In this document: piece after piece, positions 8,603-18,279 of the stretch
Numbering within the stretch: position 1 is the first letter of the stretch
Layout of the letters: every line of letters starts with the position of its first letter
Source of the DNA: an uncultured bacterium
GTDB taxonomy: Bacteria; Cyanobacteriota; Vampirovibrionia; Gastranaerophilales; Gastranaerophilaceae
DNA: 64,000 nt
Direction of reading: 5' to 3'
NCBI GenBank assembly: GCA_949284985.1
Contig: CASDWY010000013.1
Span: 12,845-76,844 of the forward strand
Notes under the pieces: generated by a model
The model's database searches: none
The model's input: only the letters and a program-made list of their open reading frames with translations
Told to the model about the DNA's origin: nothing
Made by a program: the position numbers and the translations under genes

Positions 8603-10429
8603 TTATAGAGCCTCGATTTCTGGGGATTCAACTAAATCTTCTGCATCTTTTATTATGTGAGGAGTAAGCATTATAACAAGCTCGTTTTTTGTTTTTTGGT
8701 TGTTTGTACTCCTAAATATCCAACCTATACCTGGTATATCGCCTAATATTGGGGGTTTGGTTACTGTTTTTGTTTCATCTTCACGAATCAATCCGCCTAT
8801 TACTAGGGTTTCACCATCTTTAATTCTTATATTTTTAAGTTCGAGGTTTCTTCTTTGAAGCATTGTTGCTTGAGGGTCTCCGTTTTCATCAGTTACTCGA
8901 CCGCTTATAGTTGCGTATTCAGGTTTAATGTTCATAGCAACGTATCCATCAGGGCTTATGAATGGAGTAAGTGTAATTTTCATACCATTATCATTTGCAA
9001 TATTATAAGTTTTTTGAACTTGTGCTCCTGCAGTTGTACCGGTATCAAGATATTGAGTTGTTACAGACGCAATATAGTCCGAGGTCATGTCAATAACTGA
9101 TTCTTGACCGTTTGTAATCATAACTTTAGGTGTTGCAAGAACTCTAGCGTCACCATTTTGAATAACCCAATTTATATTGGTTGTGATGATTGGCGCACCT
9201 GTCCATTTTAGTATTGCAGCAATAGGTGTGCCACCCGGGTTAAGTACGTCGTAAAAAAAGTTTTTATCATGAGGTGCATGCCATACCATTGGGTATCCGT
9301 CAATAGAGTTGTTTATACCTGCAGAACCACCAAGTGAGCCTGTAAAGAATCTTGAATATATTGTCCAAGTATTATTAATTGTTTTTGAACCATTTTCACT
9401 AAGTTCTATAATAGACATTTCAAGTATTGCTTGTGGTTGTTTTTTGTCTGCGTCAGCAATAAATTTTTTCATATCTTCTGCTTGTTGAACAGTACCACCA
9501 TATAGCTTTACTACACCTTGAGTTGGGAAGTAAGCAATTTTTAACCCTTGGGTTTTTAAGGATTCCATCTCACCTTGTGATTCATCTTCACTATCGATAC
9601 TGCAGGCAATAACTCCTCCACCGATTACAATATCTGTATCGCTGTTATCTTCAAGTTCATCACCTTCAGTTCCTTTATCTTCTAACCAAGTATCACATAT
9701 AAGCGTAGCCATTTCTTTAGGCGTTGTATGGTTTACTTTGTATGTTGTAATACGTAGTGGTTTATCTAATTCCTCAATTACCTTTTGGGCTATTTTAAAA
9801 TCACTTTTTGAACCAAAAATAAGAACTTCATTTTCTCTTGGATTGGATACTGCTATTTCTGTGTTGGAAAGTCCTGGACGTCCTTTTGTGAAAATATTTT
9901 TGTTGAGGAAAGTCGCAGCTTTATTTGCATCAATATATTTTACAGGAACAGCAGACATGTTTTCTTTTGTAAAGTTTAAATTTTTTGCTTCTTCAGAAGA
10001 TGCAACCAATAAAGTATCATTTTCAATAATGTAAGTTAATTCTGCCATATCCATAATCATATTGAAAGCATCGTTTAATGTTACATTAACCAAATCGAGA
10101 GTGATTTTACCTTCAACAGATTTGTGAAAAACTATGTTTAAACCGGCTTTATCGGCAAACATTCTAAGAACTTGTTTTACATCTGAATCTCTTAAGCTTA
10201 CTGCAACTTTTTGATTTCCTTTTGCTAAGGAAACTTCACCTTTTAGTATAACATTTTTGGGTGTTTCAGATTTTGCCTGTTCTACAGGAGCAGTAGTATT
10301 AGCTGCAATACCACTTTGGTATGATGTAGAAGCTGCAAGCGGTGTAGCGTGCCCTCCTATAAAAGCAAGCAAACAGGTGCTAACCACCATTTTTTTACCT
10401 ATTTTATTTGCGTTGTGTAAGTTTATCAT
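8603..10429 (-). CDS. pilQ: Secretin (PilQ/GspD family)
   Basis: 608 aa with signal peptide. N0/N1-like region (VSLRDSDVKQVLRMFADKAGLNIV). C-terminal secretin core ...GGLIREDETKTVTKPPILGDIPGIGWIFRS...ELVIMLTPHII. Confidence 0.88.
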   Translation of the reverse strand: MINLHNANKIGKKMVVSTCLLAFIGGHATPLAASTSYQSGIAANTTAPVEQAKSETPKNVILKGEVSLAKGNQKVAVSLRDSDVKQVLRMFADKAGLNIVFHKSVEGKITLDLVNVTLNDAFNMIMDMAELTYIIENDTLLVASSEEAKNLNFTKENMSAVPVKYIDANKAATFLNKNIFTKGRPGLSNTEIAVSNPRENEVLIFGSKSDFKIAQKVIEELDKPLRITTYKVNHTTPKEMATLICDTWLEDKGTEGDELEDNSDTDIVIGGGVIACSIDSEDESQGEMESLKTQGLKIAYFPTQGVVKLYGGTVQQAEDMKKFIADADKKQPQAILEMSIIELSENGSKTINNTWTIYSRFFTGSLGGSAGINNSIDGYPMVWHAPHDKNFFYDVLNPGGTPIAAILKWTGAPIITTNINWVIQNGDARVLATPKVMITNGQESVIDMTSDYIASVTTQYLDTGTTAGAQVQKTYNIANDNGMKITLTPFISPDGYVAMNIKPEYATISGRVTDENGDPQATMLQRRNLELKNIRIKDGETLVIGGLIREDETKTVTKPPILGDIPGIGWIFRSTNNQKTKNELVIMLTPHIIKDAEDLVESPEIEAL

Positions 10430-10450
10430 TTTTATAACTCCAGATTATAA

Positions 10451-11314
10451 TTAATTTATTTCTATCATTTTTGTGCCTTTTGGTGCAGATGCACCGCCAA
10501 ATTTGTGTTGAAGATTATAAACATTATTAACGTTTATATTATTTTCAGTTGTTAGTGTTTCACCTACGGTTGCGCGATAAACATTAGTCCCATTTTGGAC
10601 AATTACTCTGTCTTTTGTAATATTTAAGATCCTATAACCGTTTATTCTATCGCCTTTTCTAACCAAATGATCTTGACCTTCTACACTGATAATGGCAGAT
10701 GGCGAAATAGCATCAAACATTATTCCAGATATAGTTGTTTCCATAAGTTTTACAGCTTCGTCATTTTGTATTAATTCTGTTGGAGGAGCCGGGTAATTTA
10801 CTGTTGGCATTTGGGGCAGCATATTACCGTAAGAGCTTATCGCTACAGTTGGAACAAAGGGATTTGTCCTGCCTATATTTGAAGCAAGATTAACTGTAAC
10901 AAATGCTTCTGAAGCCTTTTTTTCTGAATTCGGTTTGTTTAATGATTCAGGATTGTTTGTTGTTGCGGTTACATTTTGAGTAGTTTGTTGTTGTGTGGGA
11001 GAATTTGTAGCTCCTTTTGTTGTCATTGCTTCTGGTAATGCATCACCATTGGAGGCTGCTTTGTAAAATTCATCACCCATTTGTTTTGCTTCAAGCATTG
11101 TATCATTAATCATTTGTTCTTTTTGTAGCGAATCATTTGTATTGGTTGATGTAGTTCCGCTAAAATTATTTTTTACATTAATAATAATTTGTATAACTAG
11201 TAACAAAGCTAAAATACCTAAAACAGCACCTAGTAAAACTTTTTTGTTTCTTGTTGGTGTTGGTTTGCTATTATTTTCTTCTATCCCTGTACTTGTTATA
11301 TTTTCTATATCCAT
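10451..11314 (-). CDS. Membrane-anchored pilus assembly protein, PilP/GspC-like C-terminal domain
   Basis: 287 aa. One N-terminal TM, a T/Q/N-rich linker, and a C-terminal beta domain (ISGIMFD...AIISVEGQDHLVRKGDRINGYRILNITKDRVIVQNG) that resembles PilP/GspC secretin-binding modules. First gene of the pil operon. Confidence 0.45.
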   Translation of the reverse strand: MDIENITSTGIEENNSKPTPTRNKKVLLGAVLGILALLLVIQIIINVKNNFSGTTSTNTNDSLQKEQMINDTMLEAKQMGDEFYKAASNGDALPEAMTTKGATNSPTQQQTTQNVTATTNNPESLNKPNSEKKASEAFVTVNLASNIGRTNPFVPTVAISSYGNMLPQMPTVNYPAPPTELIQNDEAVKLMETTISGIMFDAISPSAIISVEGQDHLVRKGDRINGYRILNITKDRVIVQNGTNVYRATVGETLTTENNINVNNVYNLQHKFGGASAPKGTKMIEIN

Positions 11315-11466
11315 TATTTACAACTACTCTAATTCTTAATGGTTATATTTTACATTGATTTATCTTATATATTATCATATATTAAGAGGATCTTATTAAA
11401 TATAATAACTTTTTTTTAAAAATAAGGCAAATTGGCTTTAAAAAGTGACAAAATTTAATATTTAGA

Positions 11467-11781
11467 TTATTCTGTAGTGATAAACTTGTTAACTAACGTG
11501 TTTTCATTTAGATTTTGAATTAAAATCTTTTTTTCTTTATTTTTTTCTCCTTTGACTAATTTTATCTGTGATTTAGATATTTTTAATTCTTTTGATAAAA
11601 ATTTAATAAGTTCTTCATTCGCCTTATTTTCGTTAGCTGGAGCAGAAATTTTTATTTTAAGATGAGGTTCTAAAGAAATACCTGCAGGTTCGATACCACA
11701 AGGCATAGTTTTTGATGAGTTTGGTATAACTTTTATATTGATTAAAATTCCATTATTTGTATGTTTGTAAAAAGTTTTCAT
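11467..11781 (-). CDS. DUF167 (YggU) family protein
   Basis: 104 aa. INIKVIPNSSK...ISAPANENKANEELIKFLSKELKISKSQIKLVKGEKNKEK is the typical YggU pattern. Confidence 0.7.
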   Translation of the reverse strand: MKTFYKHTNNGILINIKVIPNSSKTMPCGIEPAGISLEPHLKIKISAPANENKANEELIKFLSKELKISKSQIKLVKGEKNKEKKILIQNLNENTLVNKFITTE

Positions 11782-11830
11782 AGCAATATTATAAAATAAG
11801 TTGTAAAATAAATATACCTATAAGGGAATT

Positions 11831-14071
11831 ATGGCGTATACAGATTTATATGATAGTTTAAAACAAATTCTTGTAAGTCAAAATAGACCACAAGAAGATA
11901 TTGCGGAAATAGATCAAGCATTTGAGTTTGCGAGACGTTTGCATGATGGTCAATATCGTGTTAGTGAGGAACCATATATTATTCACCCTATTCAAGTTGC
12001 GGCAATTCTGGCAGATTTAAGAGTTGATAAAAATACGATAATTGCTGCACTTTTGCATGATATTCTTGAAGATACAGATACCAAGCCGGAAGAAATTAAA
12101 GAAAAATTTGGCGATGATGTTTTGAGTATTGTTCAAGGTGTTACAAAGCTTGGTAAATATCAATTTAAGTCAAAAGAAGAACGACAGGCAGAAAACTTTA
12201 GGCGAATGTTTATTGCTATGGCAGATGATATAAGGATTATTTTCCTTAAATTGGCTGATCGTTTACATAATATGCGTACTTTAAATTACATGGCTCAAAA
12301 TAAGCAGCAAAAAATTGCACAAGAGACATTAGATATTTTTGCTCCATTAGCTAACAGATTGGGTATTGGTAAAATTAAAGCGGAACTTGAAGATTTGTCT
12401 TTAAGATATCTTTATCCGGAAAAATATTTTGAAATTGCGCAACTTGTAGCACAAAAGAAAACTGAGCGACAAGAAACTGTTAAACTTCTTATGGATAAAA
12501 TAGGTGTTGCGCTTAAGGCAAATGGTATTGAGGCAGATATTCAAGGGCGATTTAAGCATTATTATAGTATTTATGCAAAAATGAAAAGACTTAATATAGC
12601 GTTTCATGATTTATACGATATAACAGCAGTACGTGTAATAACTAAAGATATTCGTGAATGTTATGAAGTTTTAGGTATAATTCATTCTCAATTTAAGCCT
12701 ATTCCTGGTAGGTTTAAAGATTATATTGCTATGCCTAAGGGTAATGGTTATAGATCTTTGCACACTTCAGTTATTGGACCTAAGGCAAAGCCGCTTGAGG
12801 TTCAAATAAGAACGCATGAAATGCATGAAGTGGCAGAATATGGTATCGCTGCCCATTGGCGATACAAAGAATCCGGTTCTCAAAAGGCAGAAAATCCTGC
12901 GGATATCAAGTTTTCATGGATGAGAAAAGTTGCAGAAATGGGTAGGGATGTTACTAATGCAAAAGAGTTTGTGGAAAGTGTAAAGCTTGATATATTTTCT
13001 GATCAGGTTTTTGCTTTCACACCAATGGGTGATGTTTTTGATTTGCCTAAAAATGCAACTCCTGTTGATTTTGCGTTTAGAATTCATACTGATGTTGGAT
13101 TCAAAACCGTAGGGGCATTGATAAACGGTCGGATTGTACCTTTAGATACAAGACTTACTAATGGTGATATTGTTGAAATAATGACATCTAAAAATGGTAC
13201 TCCCAGACTTGATTGGTTAAATTTTGTCGTTACAAAGCAAGCTCAGTCCAAAATTAAACAATGGTTTAAGAAAAATCAAAAAGAAGATCATATTTTAAGT
13301 GGGCGTGCAAATCTTGAAGCGGAACTTACAAAGTCTGTATTTGATAATTATGTAAAATCCGGAGAATTGCTTAAAGTCGCACAAGCTATGAATTATCATA
13401 CTTTGGATGATTTATATTCTGGCATTGGATATGGTGAGACTACTGTTTCTAAAGTTGTAAATAAGTTGGTTAAACCTAAAGATGAAGAAGTGCAGATTCA
13501 TACCTCCAAAGAAAGGCGTCATGTTAAAGATGATATAGTTGGTTTAGAGGGTATGCTATATAATTTTGCAAAATGTTGTATGCCTGTGCCGCCGGAACCT
13601 ATTGTTGGTGTAGTTACTAGGAGCAAGGGTGTTTCTATACATAGAATTGATTGTCCATCTTTGGATAATGTCCCTCCTGAAAGACTTATGGAAATTAAAT
13701 GGGCAGATGAAAGTCTTAATCGTACATACGTTACATCTATTAGAATTGATACCCCGGATAAGATGGGTATGTTGAAAGAAGTTTTAATTGCTTTGTCTGA
13801 TTGTAATACAAATATAGTTTATGCTAATGTTAAAGCTCATCCAACCAAGAATTTAGGTGTTATAGAAATGGGTATTGAGGTTGATAATATAAGCAGATTG
13901 CAAAAGGTTATTTCAGTATTACAGGCCTTACCGGATGTATATTCTGTTAAGCGTATTCAAGGTGTTGGTACAAATAAAAGAGCTTATAATATTCCTCCAC
14001 AAAGCAAGCCTAAAGCTTCTAAAGAAACTCAAAGCGGGAAAAATTTTAAAAAACAAAAGAAAAAATTATAG
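11831..14071 (+). CDS. relA: Bifunctional (p)ppGpp synthetase/hydrolase (RelA/SpoT homologue)
   Basis: 746 aa. HD hydrolase motifs (HDILEDT), synthetase (YRSLHT, EVQIRT), TGS and ACT-like regions, Lys-rich tail. Confidence 0.92.
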   Translation: MAYTDLYDSLKQILVSQNRPQEDIAEIDQAFEFARRLHDGQYRVSEEPYIIHPIQVAAILADLRVDKNTIIAALLHDILEDTDTKPEEIKEKFGDDVLSIVQGVTKLGKYQFKSKEERQAENFRRMFIAMADDIRIIFLKLADRLHNMRTLNYMAQNKQQKIAQETLDIFAPLANRLGIGKIKAELEDLSLRYLYPEKYFEIAQLVAQKKTERQETVKLLMDKIGVALKANGIEADIQGRFKHYYSIYAKMKRLNIAFHDLYDITAVRVITKDIRECYEVLGIIHSQFKPIPGRFKDYIAMPKGNGYRSLHTSVIGPKAKPLEVQIRTHEMHEVAEYGIAAHWRYKESGSQKAENPADIKFSWMRKVAEMGRDVTNAKEFVESVKLDIFSDQVFAFTPMGDVFDLPKNATPVDFAFRIHTDVGFKTVGALINGRIVPLDTRLTNGDIVEIMTSKNGTPRLDWLNFVVTKQAQSKIKQWFKKNQKEDHILSGRANLEAELTKSVFDNYVKSGELLKVAQAMNYHTLDDLYSGIGYGETTVSKVVNKLVKPKDEEVQIHTSKERRHVKDDIVGLEGMLYNFAKCCMPVPPEPIVGVVTRSKGVSIHRIDCPSLDNVPPERLMEIKWADESLNRTYVTSIRIDTPDKMGMLKEVLIALSDCNTNIVYANVKAHPTKNLGVIEMGIEVDNISRLQKVISVLQALPDVYSVKRIQGVGTNKRAYNIPPQSKPKASKETQSGKNFKKQKKKL

Positions 14072-14220
14072 AAATAAAGCATGCTTTTGCTAATAACTAT
14101 AAAAAAATATGCAATTACCTTTTGGTATAAAACTTTTTTGTTCAATAATAGTCTGATTGATTGATGTTTTTTTTACATAAAAACGCTAAATTATGTTTGT
14201 TAAGAAAAGAAGGATATATA

Positions 14221-14373
14221 ATGTTAGACAATAATTTGGCACTTGTGGAGAGGAAACCGCTTAGTATTAATGAAATTTGGTCATCACAGCATCCATTAAT
14301 GCACTCTTGGCTTTTAATTAGTTTTGTGGGTTTAGTTTTATTATATTTTGCGATGAGTTTTTCTATTGTCTAA
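14221..14373 (+). CDS. Small hypothetical protein with C-terminal TM segment
   Basis: 50 aa from an ATG preceded by a GAAGGA RBS; hydrophobic C-terminus. The track ORF (14161) extends upstream without an RBS. Confidence 0.3.
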   Translation: MLDNNLALVERKPLSINEIWSSQHPLMHSWLLISFVGLVLLYFAMSFSIV

Positions 14374-14401
14374 ATTTTGCTTTTTATGCTAAATTAGACC
14401 T

Positions 14402-15733
14402 ATGAATTATGAATTTGATACAATTGCAGCAATAGCGACTCCTTTTGGAACCGGTGGCGTTGGTATAATAAGGATTTCCGGTTTAAAAGCAAGTGATATT
14501 TTGTGTGAAATTTTTTCTAAGAAGAATATAAAACCAAATATAGTTAATCATGGTTGGATTTTAGATGGACTAGAAAAAGTTGATGAGGTTGTAGTTTTGT
14601 ATTTCAAATCCCCACACAGTTTTACAGGTGAGGATGTAGTAGAAATACAAGCTCATGGTGGGATAAATGTTTTAAAAAAAATTCTTAATCTTGTTTTTGA
14701 TAAAGGGGCAAGAATGGCGCAACGAGGTGAATTTTCTAAAAGAGCTTTTTTAAATGGGAAAATTGATCTTTCTAAAGCGGAAGCTATATTGGATTTAATT
14801 CATGCAAAAACTTCAAAATTTGCATCGGCTTCAGCTAAAAATCTTTCAGGAGCTCTTTCTCAAGAGATAAATAAAATTAAAAAAGACTTATTAAAAACAT
14901 TATCTTCTATAATTGCTGGGATTGATTTTCCTGAAGATATGCCGGAGCCGGAATATGAAGATTTAAAAAATGAACTTATTAGTGTTAAACAAAATATTGA
15001 AAGAGTTTTAAACTCTGCGCAAAAATCCAATATTATGAGACAAGGTATAAAGGTTGCTATCGCAGGTCGACCTAATGTAGGCAAATCTTCACTTTTTAAC
15101 AATCTTTTAACAATGGAAAGAGCGATTGTGACTGATATTGCAGGGACTACTCGAGATACTATTCAAGAAACTATTGATGTTGAGGGAATACCAGTTACTT
15201 TAATTGATACTGCTGGTATTCGTGATGGAAATATTGATAAAGTTGAAAAAATAGGTATTGATTTTTCGCGTCAAGCTGTTCAAGATGCTGATTTGGTTTT
15301 ATTCCTATATGACAGCTCGGTTGGTTTGAATGACGAGGATAAAAGAATTTTTGATCTTGTGAAAAATTGTAATTATATAAAAATTGCAACAAAATCTGAT
15401 CTTACTGATAACAGAAATGATAAAGATGCTATATATCTTTCAAATAAAACAGAAGAAAATATAGGAACTTTACGCAAAAAGCTTGCGAATGTTGTATTAA
15501 ATAAAGATTTAACTGAAACTGAGTTTACAACAAATGCCAGACAGCAAAATTGTCTTCAAAAAGCGTTAGAGTCAGTTATTATTGCGCTTGATGCCGTCGA
15601 AAGAGAAGAGATTCAAGATTTAATATCAATCGATGTAAAATCAGCTCTTTTGGCATTGGAGGAAATTACTGGCGAGGTAATTACTGATGATATTTTAAAT
15701 AATATTTTTGAAAATTTTTGTATAGGGAAATAA
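14402..15733 (+). CDS. mnmE: tRNA modification GTPase MnmE
   Basis: 443 aa. G1 motif [17 protein letters not shown]-terminal CIGK. Confidence 0.92.
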   Translation: MNYEFDTIAAIATPFGTGGVGIIRISGLKASDILCEIFSKKNIKPNIVNHGWILDGLEKVDEVVVLYFKSPHSFTGEDVVEIQAHGGINVLKKILNLVFDKGARMAQRGEFSKRAFLNGKIDLSKAEAILDLIHAKTSKFASASAKNLSGALSQEINKIKKDLLKTLSSIIAGIDFPEDMPEPEYEDLKNELISVKQNIERVLNSAQKSNIMRQGIKVAIAGRPNVGKSSLFNNLLTMERAIVTDIAGTTRDTIQETIDVEGIPVTLIDTAGIRDGNIDKVEKIGIDFSRQAVQDADLVLFLYDSSVGLNDEDKRIFDLVKNCNYIKIATKSDLTDNRNDKDAIYLSNKTEENIGTLRKKLANVVLNKDLTETEFTTNARQQNCLQKALESVIIALDAVEREEIQDLISIDVKSALLALEEITGEVITDDILNNIFENFCIGK

Positions 15734-15819
15734 AAAGTCATAAAAATTAATATTTAGTCTTGTGCATGCTTGATTTTTGAATTTGTTTAATATAAATTTA
15801 AGTGGAACCAAGGAAAATT

Positions 15820-15878
15820 GGGGGGTTGAGCACAGGCTCAGTCGCAAGGTAAAAAATTCCAATTGCGAAAAAACCCTT
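15820..15878 (+). promoter_or_regulatory. Structured leader upstream of rplJ (candidate L10-leader-type autoregulatory element)
   Basis: Three nested helices visible by eye: GGGTT/AACCC closing stem, TGAGC-aca(g)-GCTCA hairpin, TCGCAA-N15-TTGCGA hairpin. It sits about 110 nt before the rplJ ATG. Confidence 0.35.
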
Positions 15879-15989
15879 AAAAATATACCCAGTTTAGGTG
15901 TAGTAAATTAAATATGTCATTAATTCCAACAAGTTAGCTTGTCGGTTTTAGTAATATATAGGTCGATACAAAATAAAAAGGAGCACAAT

Positions 15990-16511
15990 ATGGCAACAAA
16001 AGCCTTCAAACAAGATAAAATTGAAATGCTTAAAGAAAAAGCTTCAAAAGCTAAAGTTGCTGTTGTTACTGAATACAGAGGTTATTCTGTAGAAGAGATC
16101 ACTGCTTTAAGAAGAACACTTCAAAAAGAACAAGGTGATTATACTGTAACAAAAAATACTTTGGCAAAAATTGCTTTTAAAGGTACTGATTTTGAAGTAT
16201 TAGAGTCTGTTTTGACAGGTCCTACAGCAGTAGCATTTGGATACGGAGATGAAGTATCAGCAGCAAAAGTTTTATCAAAATTTATTAAAGAATCAAAAAA
16301 AGGTGAAATTATAGCCGCAGCTTTGGACGGAAAGTTACTTAATGCAGATGAAGCTAAAAAACTTGCAAATCTGCCAACGAAAGAAGAACTTTATGCCAAA
16401 ATGCTTGGATGTATTAATTCACCTGCTTCAGGCATCGTTGGAGGTATCAACGGTGTTATGTCAGCGCTTGTTAGAGCGATGGATGCTGTTGCAAAACAAA
16501 AACAAGCTTAG
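15990..16511 (+). CDS. rplJ: 50S ribosomal protein L10
   Basis: Start moved to the ATG after the AAAGGAG RBS (MATKAFKQDKIEMLKE...), a typical L10. Confidence 0.92.
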   Translation: MATKAFKQDKIEMLKEKASKAKVAVVTEYRGYSVEEITALRRTLQKEQGDYTVTKNTLAKIAFKGTDFEVLESVLTGPTAVAFGYGDEVSAAKVLSKFIKESKKGEIIAAALDGKLLNADEAKKLANLPTKEELYAKMLGCINSPASGIVGGINGVMSALVRAMDAVAKQKQA

Positions 16512-16571
16512 TTGTTGAAAGCACAACAATTGTATTAGTAAAAAATAACTCAATTTATAAGGAGAATTAAA

Positions 16572-16949
16572 ATGAGCGTAGAATCAATCTTAGAATCAAT
16601 TGAAAAATTAACTTTACTTGAAGCATCTGAATTAGTAAAAGCTATGGAAGAAAAATTTGGCGTATCAGCTGCAGCGCCTGTAGCTGTTGCAGCAGTTGCT
16701 GCACCTGCTGCTGGTGGAGATGCTCCGGCTGCTGAATCAAATGAAGTTTCTGTAGTTTTGACATCTGCTGGTGCTAATAAAATTGCAGTTCTTAAAGAAG
16801 TTAGAGCTATCACAGGACTTGGCTTGAAAGAAGCTAAAGACCTCGTTGACGGTGCTCCTGCTCCTGTTAAAGAAAACATCAAAAAAGAAGAAGCAGAAAC
16901 TATCAAAGCTCAATTGGAAGCAGCTGGTGCTACAGTTGAAATTAAATAG
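16572..16949 (+). CDS. rplL: 50S ribosomal protein L7/L12
   Basis: 125 aa. Ala-rich hinge and C-terminal domain [27 protein letters not shown]. Confidence 0.95.
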   Translation: MSVESILESIEKLTLLEASELVKAMEEKFGVSAAAPVAVAAVAAPAAGGDAPAAESNEVSVVLTSAGANKIAVLKEVRAITGLGLKEAKDLVDGAPAPVKENIKKEEAETIKAQLEAAGATVEIK

Positions 16950-16966
16950 TTTGCAAAAACTTTTTG

Positions 16967-16996
16967 AAACGGAGGCTTATGCCTCCGTTTTTTATT
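16967..16996 (+). terminator. Rho-independent terminator after rplL
   Basis: aaacggaggc-ttat-gcctccgttt followed by a T-run. Confidence 0.8.
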
Positions 16997-17206
16997 GTTA
17001 AGATTGTTGAATATTGAGTCGATATTTTGATATTAATTTTTATATATAGAGTTTATACCAATGTAAATCTTTGCTAAAAAGTATTTTTTTGGGGTAGTTT
17101 TTAGGCAATTTAACGAGAGAAAAAATTTTTATATAAATGTAAGGGATAAAAATTTATAAAGGGAAAAAACTAAACGTAATTAATAACAAGATTATAAGTC
17201 TTATTT

Positions 17207-17278
17207 TATACTCTCTCTCTTAATATCCTCGTGTTTATTTGATGTTGCTGTTTGTAAAAATAGCAACTTTTTCTTTTT
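17207..17278 (+). ncRNA. Candidate small RNA: CU-rich (CT)5 motif followed by plus-sense terminator
   Basis: TATACT (-10-like), then ctctctctctt, then gttgct-N12-agcaac hairpin and tttttcttttt. There is no ORF on this strand. Confidence 0.25.
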
Positions 17279-17289
17279 AAAAGCGAGTA

Positions 17290-18147
17290 TTAATAATTCA
17301 TCGCATCTTCTTCTAACACCCGTCCTGTACATTGTTGAGTTTTTATGTATTGATGGTGTCCGAATGTAGGGTCAGAATCAGTTTTATTGACATTTTCTGT
17401 AGTGCAGTTGTTGTTATTTCGCCAGTAGTATTCTTCACCATGTATATCAGCATATAATTTTGAGCCCCAAGGAACAACAGTTCCTTGAGGGATGTTATAG
17501 CGACTTTCTTCGTCTTCGTTTGTAATGTCGAGATAAAATTGATCTCTTCCATATTTATTTGGACCTTTAAAGCCATTTATGTCAACATCTGCATATGATG
17601 TAAAAATCATCCCATCATTTGTAATAAAACTGGCAATATTACCATAATCATGAAAATGCCTTAAAAGTTTTTCGCAACTTTCATCAGTTGAGTACTTGTT
17701 GTAACACAGTTTATTAATTTTAAACTGTTTAGATAGAAGATATAAACGTTTATTTTCTCGAGTTCCATTAAACTCCTGCCCATCAATGTTTGTTACGTCA
17801 CTAACCCATTGCCCATTTTCATCCAAGTGCCCAGATTCATTCCACCCTGCACAGTCAAGATCCCCAGCAGGACAACCTTGAGTGATAGGAATCATCTTCA
17901 TAGCATTTTGAAGTTGAGAGTAGGCTTTTTTAAGCCCAACAACATAGGTATGTTTTTGATAGCTAGAGATTAAATTAGGAATGGTTAAAGCAGCAATAAC
18001 GCCGATAATAGTGAGAGTAATTAATGTTTCAGCTAAAGTAAAAGCGGCTTTTTCTAGATAAAACTTATCAAAAATAGATTTTTTAGTATTAATTTTAACT
18101 GTATAAGCGGTTTTGGTACCGCTAGTAATATAACTGTCAAACTTCAT
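17290..18147 (-). CDS. Prepilin-type N-terminal cleavage/methylation domain protein (pilin/pseudopilin-like)
   Basis: 285 aa, GGAGG RBS. Class III signal-like ...EKAA|FTLAETLITLTIIGVIAALTIPNLI with Glu at +5. Cys-containing globular domain. Confidence 0.75.
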   Translation of the reverse strand: MKFDSYITSGTKTAYTVKINTKKSIFDKFYLEKAAFTLAETLITLTIIGVIAALTIPNLISSYQKHTYVVGLKKAYSQLQNAMKMIPITQGCPAGDLDCAGWNESGHLDENGQWVSDVTNIDGQEFNGTRENKRLYLLSKQFKINKLCYNKYSTDESCEKLLRHFHDYGNIASFITNDGMIFTSYADVDINGFKGPNKYGRDQFYLDITNEDEESRYNIPQGTVVPWGSKLYADIHGEEYYWRNNNNCTTENVNKTDSDPTFGHHQYIKTQQCTGRVLEEDAMNY

Positions 18148-18202
18148 ATGATACCTCCATATTCAAACAATATTTAACTATACAAGTGAACAAAAGTCCA
18201 CA

Positions 18203-18231
18203 CAAAAAATCAAGCCTCATTATGTGGCTTG
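18203..18231 (-). terminator. Intrinsic terminator about 56 nt upstream of the pilin-like gene
   Basis: Minus-sense caagcc-acataatga-ggcttg followed by attttttgtg. Confidence 0.55.
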
Positions 18232-18279
18232 AAAAACAACTTGCTAAATCCTTAAAACCCTTGCTACGACTTAGTATTC

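Noticed and set aside
14076-14087. Palindrome AAAGCATGCTTT after relA as a terminator.
   Set aside because: The usable stem is only about 4 bp once a loop is allowed, and there is no convincing U-run.
15939-15989. Upstream extensions of track ORFs: rplJ from 15939, ppdK from 23897, pilin-like gene from 26645, nanE from 56545, ROK kinase from 57269, RTX-like gene from 23727.
   Set aside because: In each case an internal ATG has a proper SD at 5-9 nt and gives the family-typical N-terminus. The longer forms start at TTG/GTG or at an ATG without an RBS.
16550-16906. 118-aa ORF antisense to rplL.
   Set aside because: It is a mirror of the Ala-rich GCN-codon hinge of L7/L12. The rplL assignment is unambiguous.
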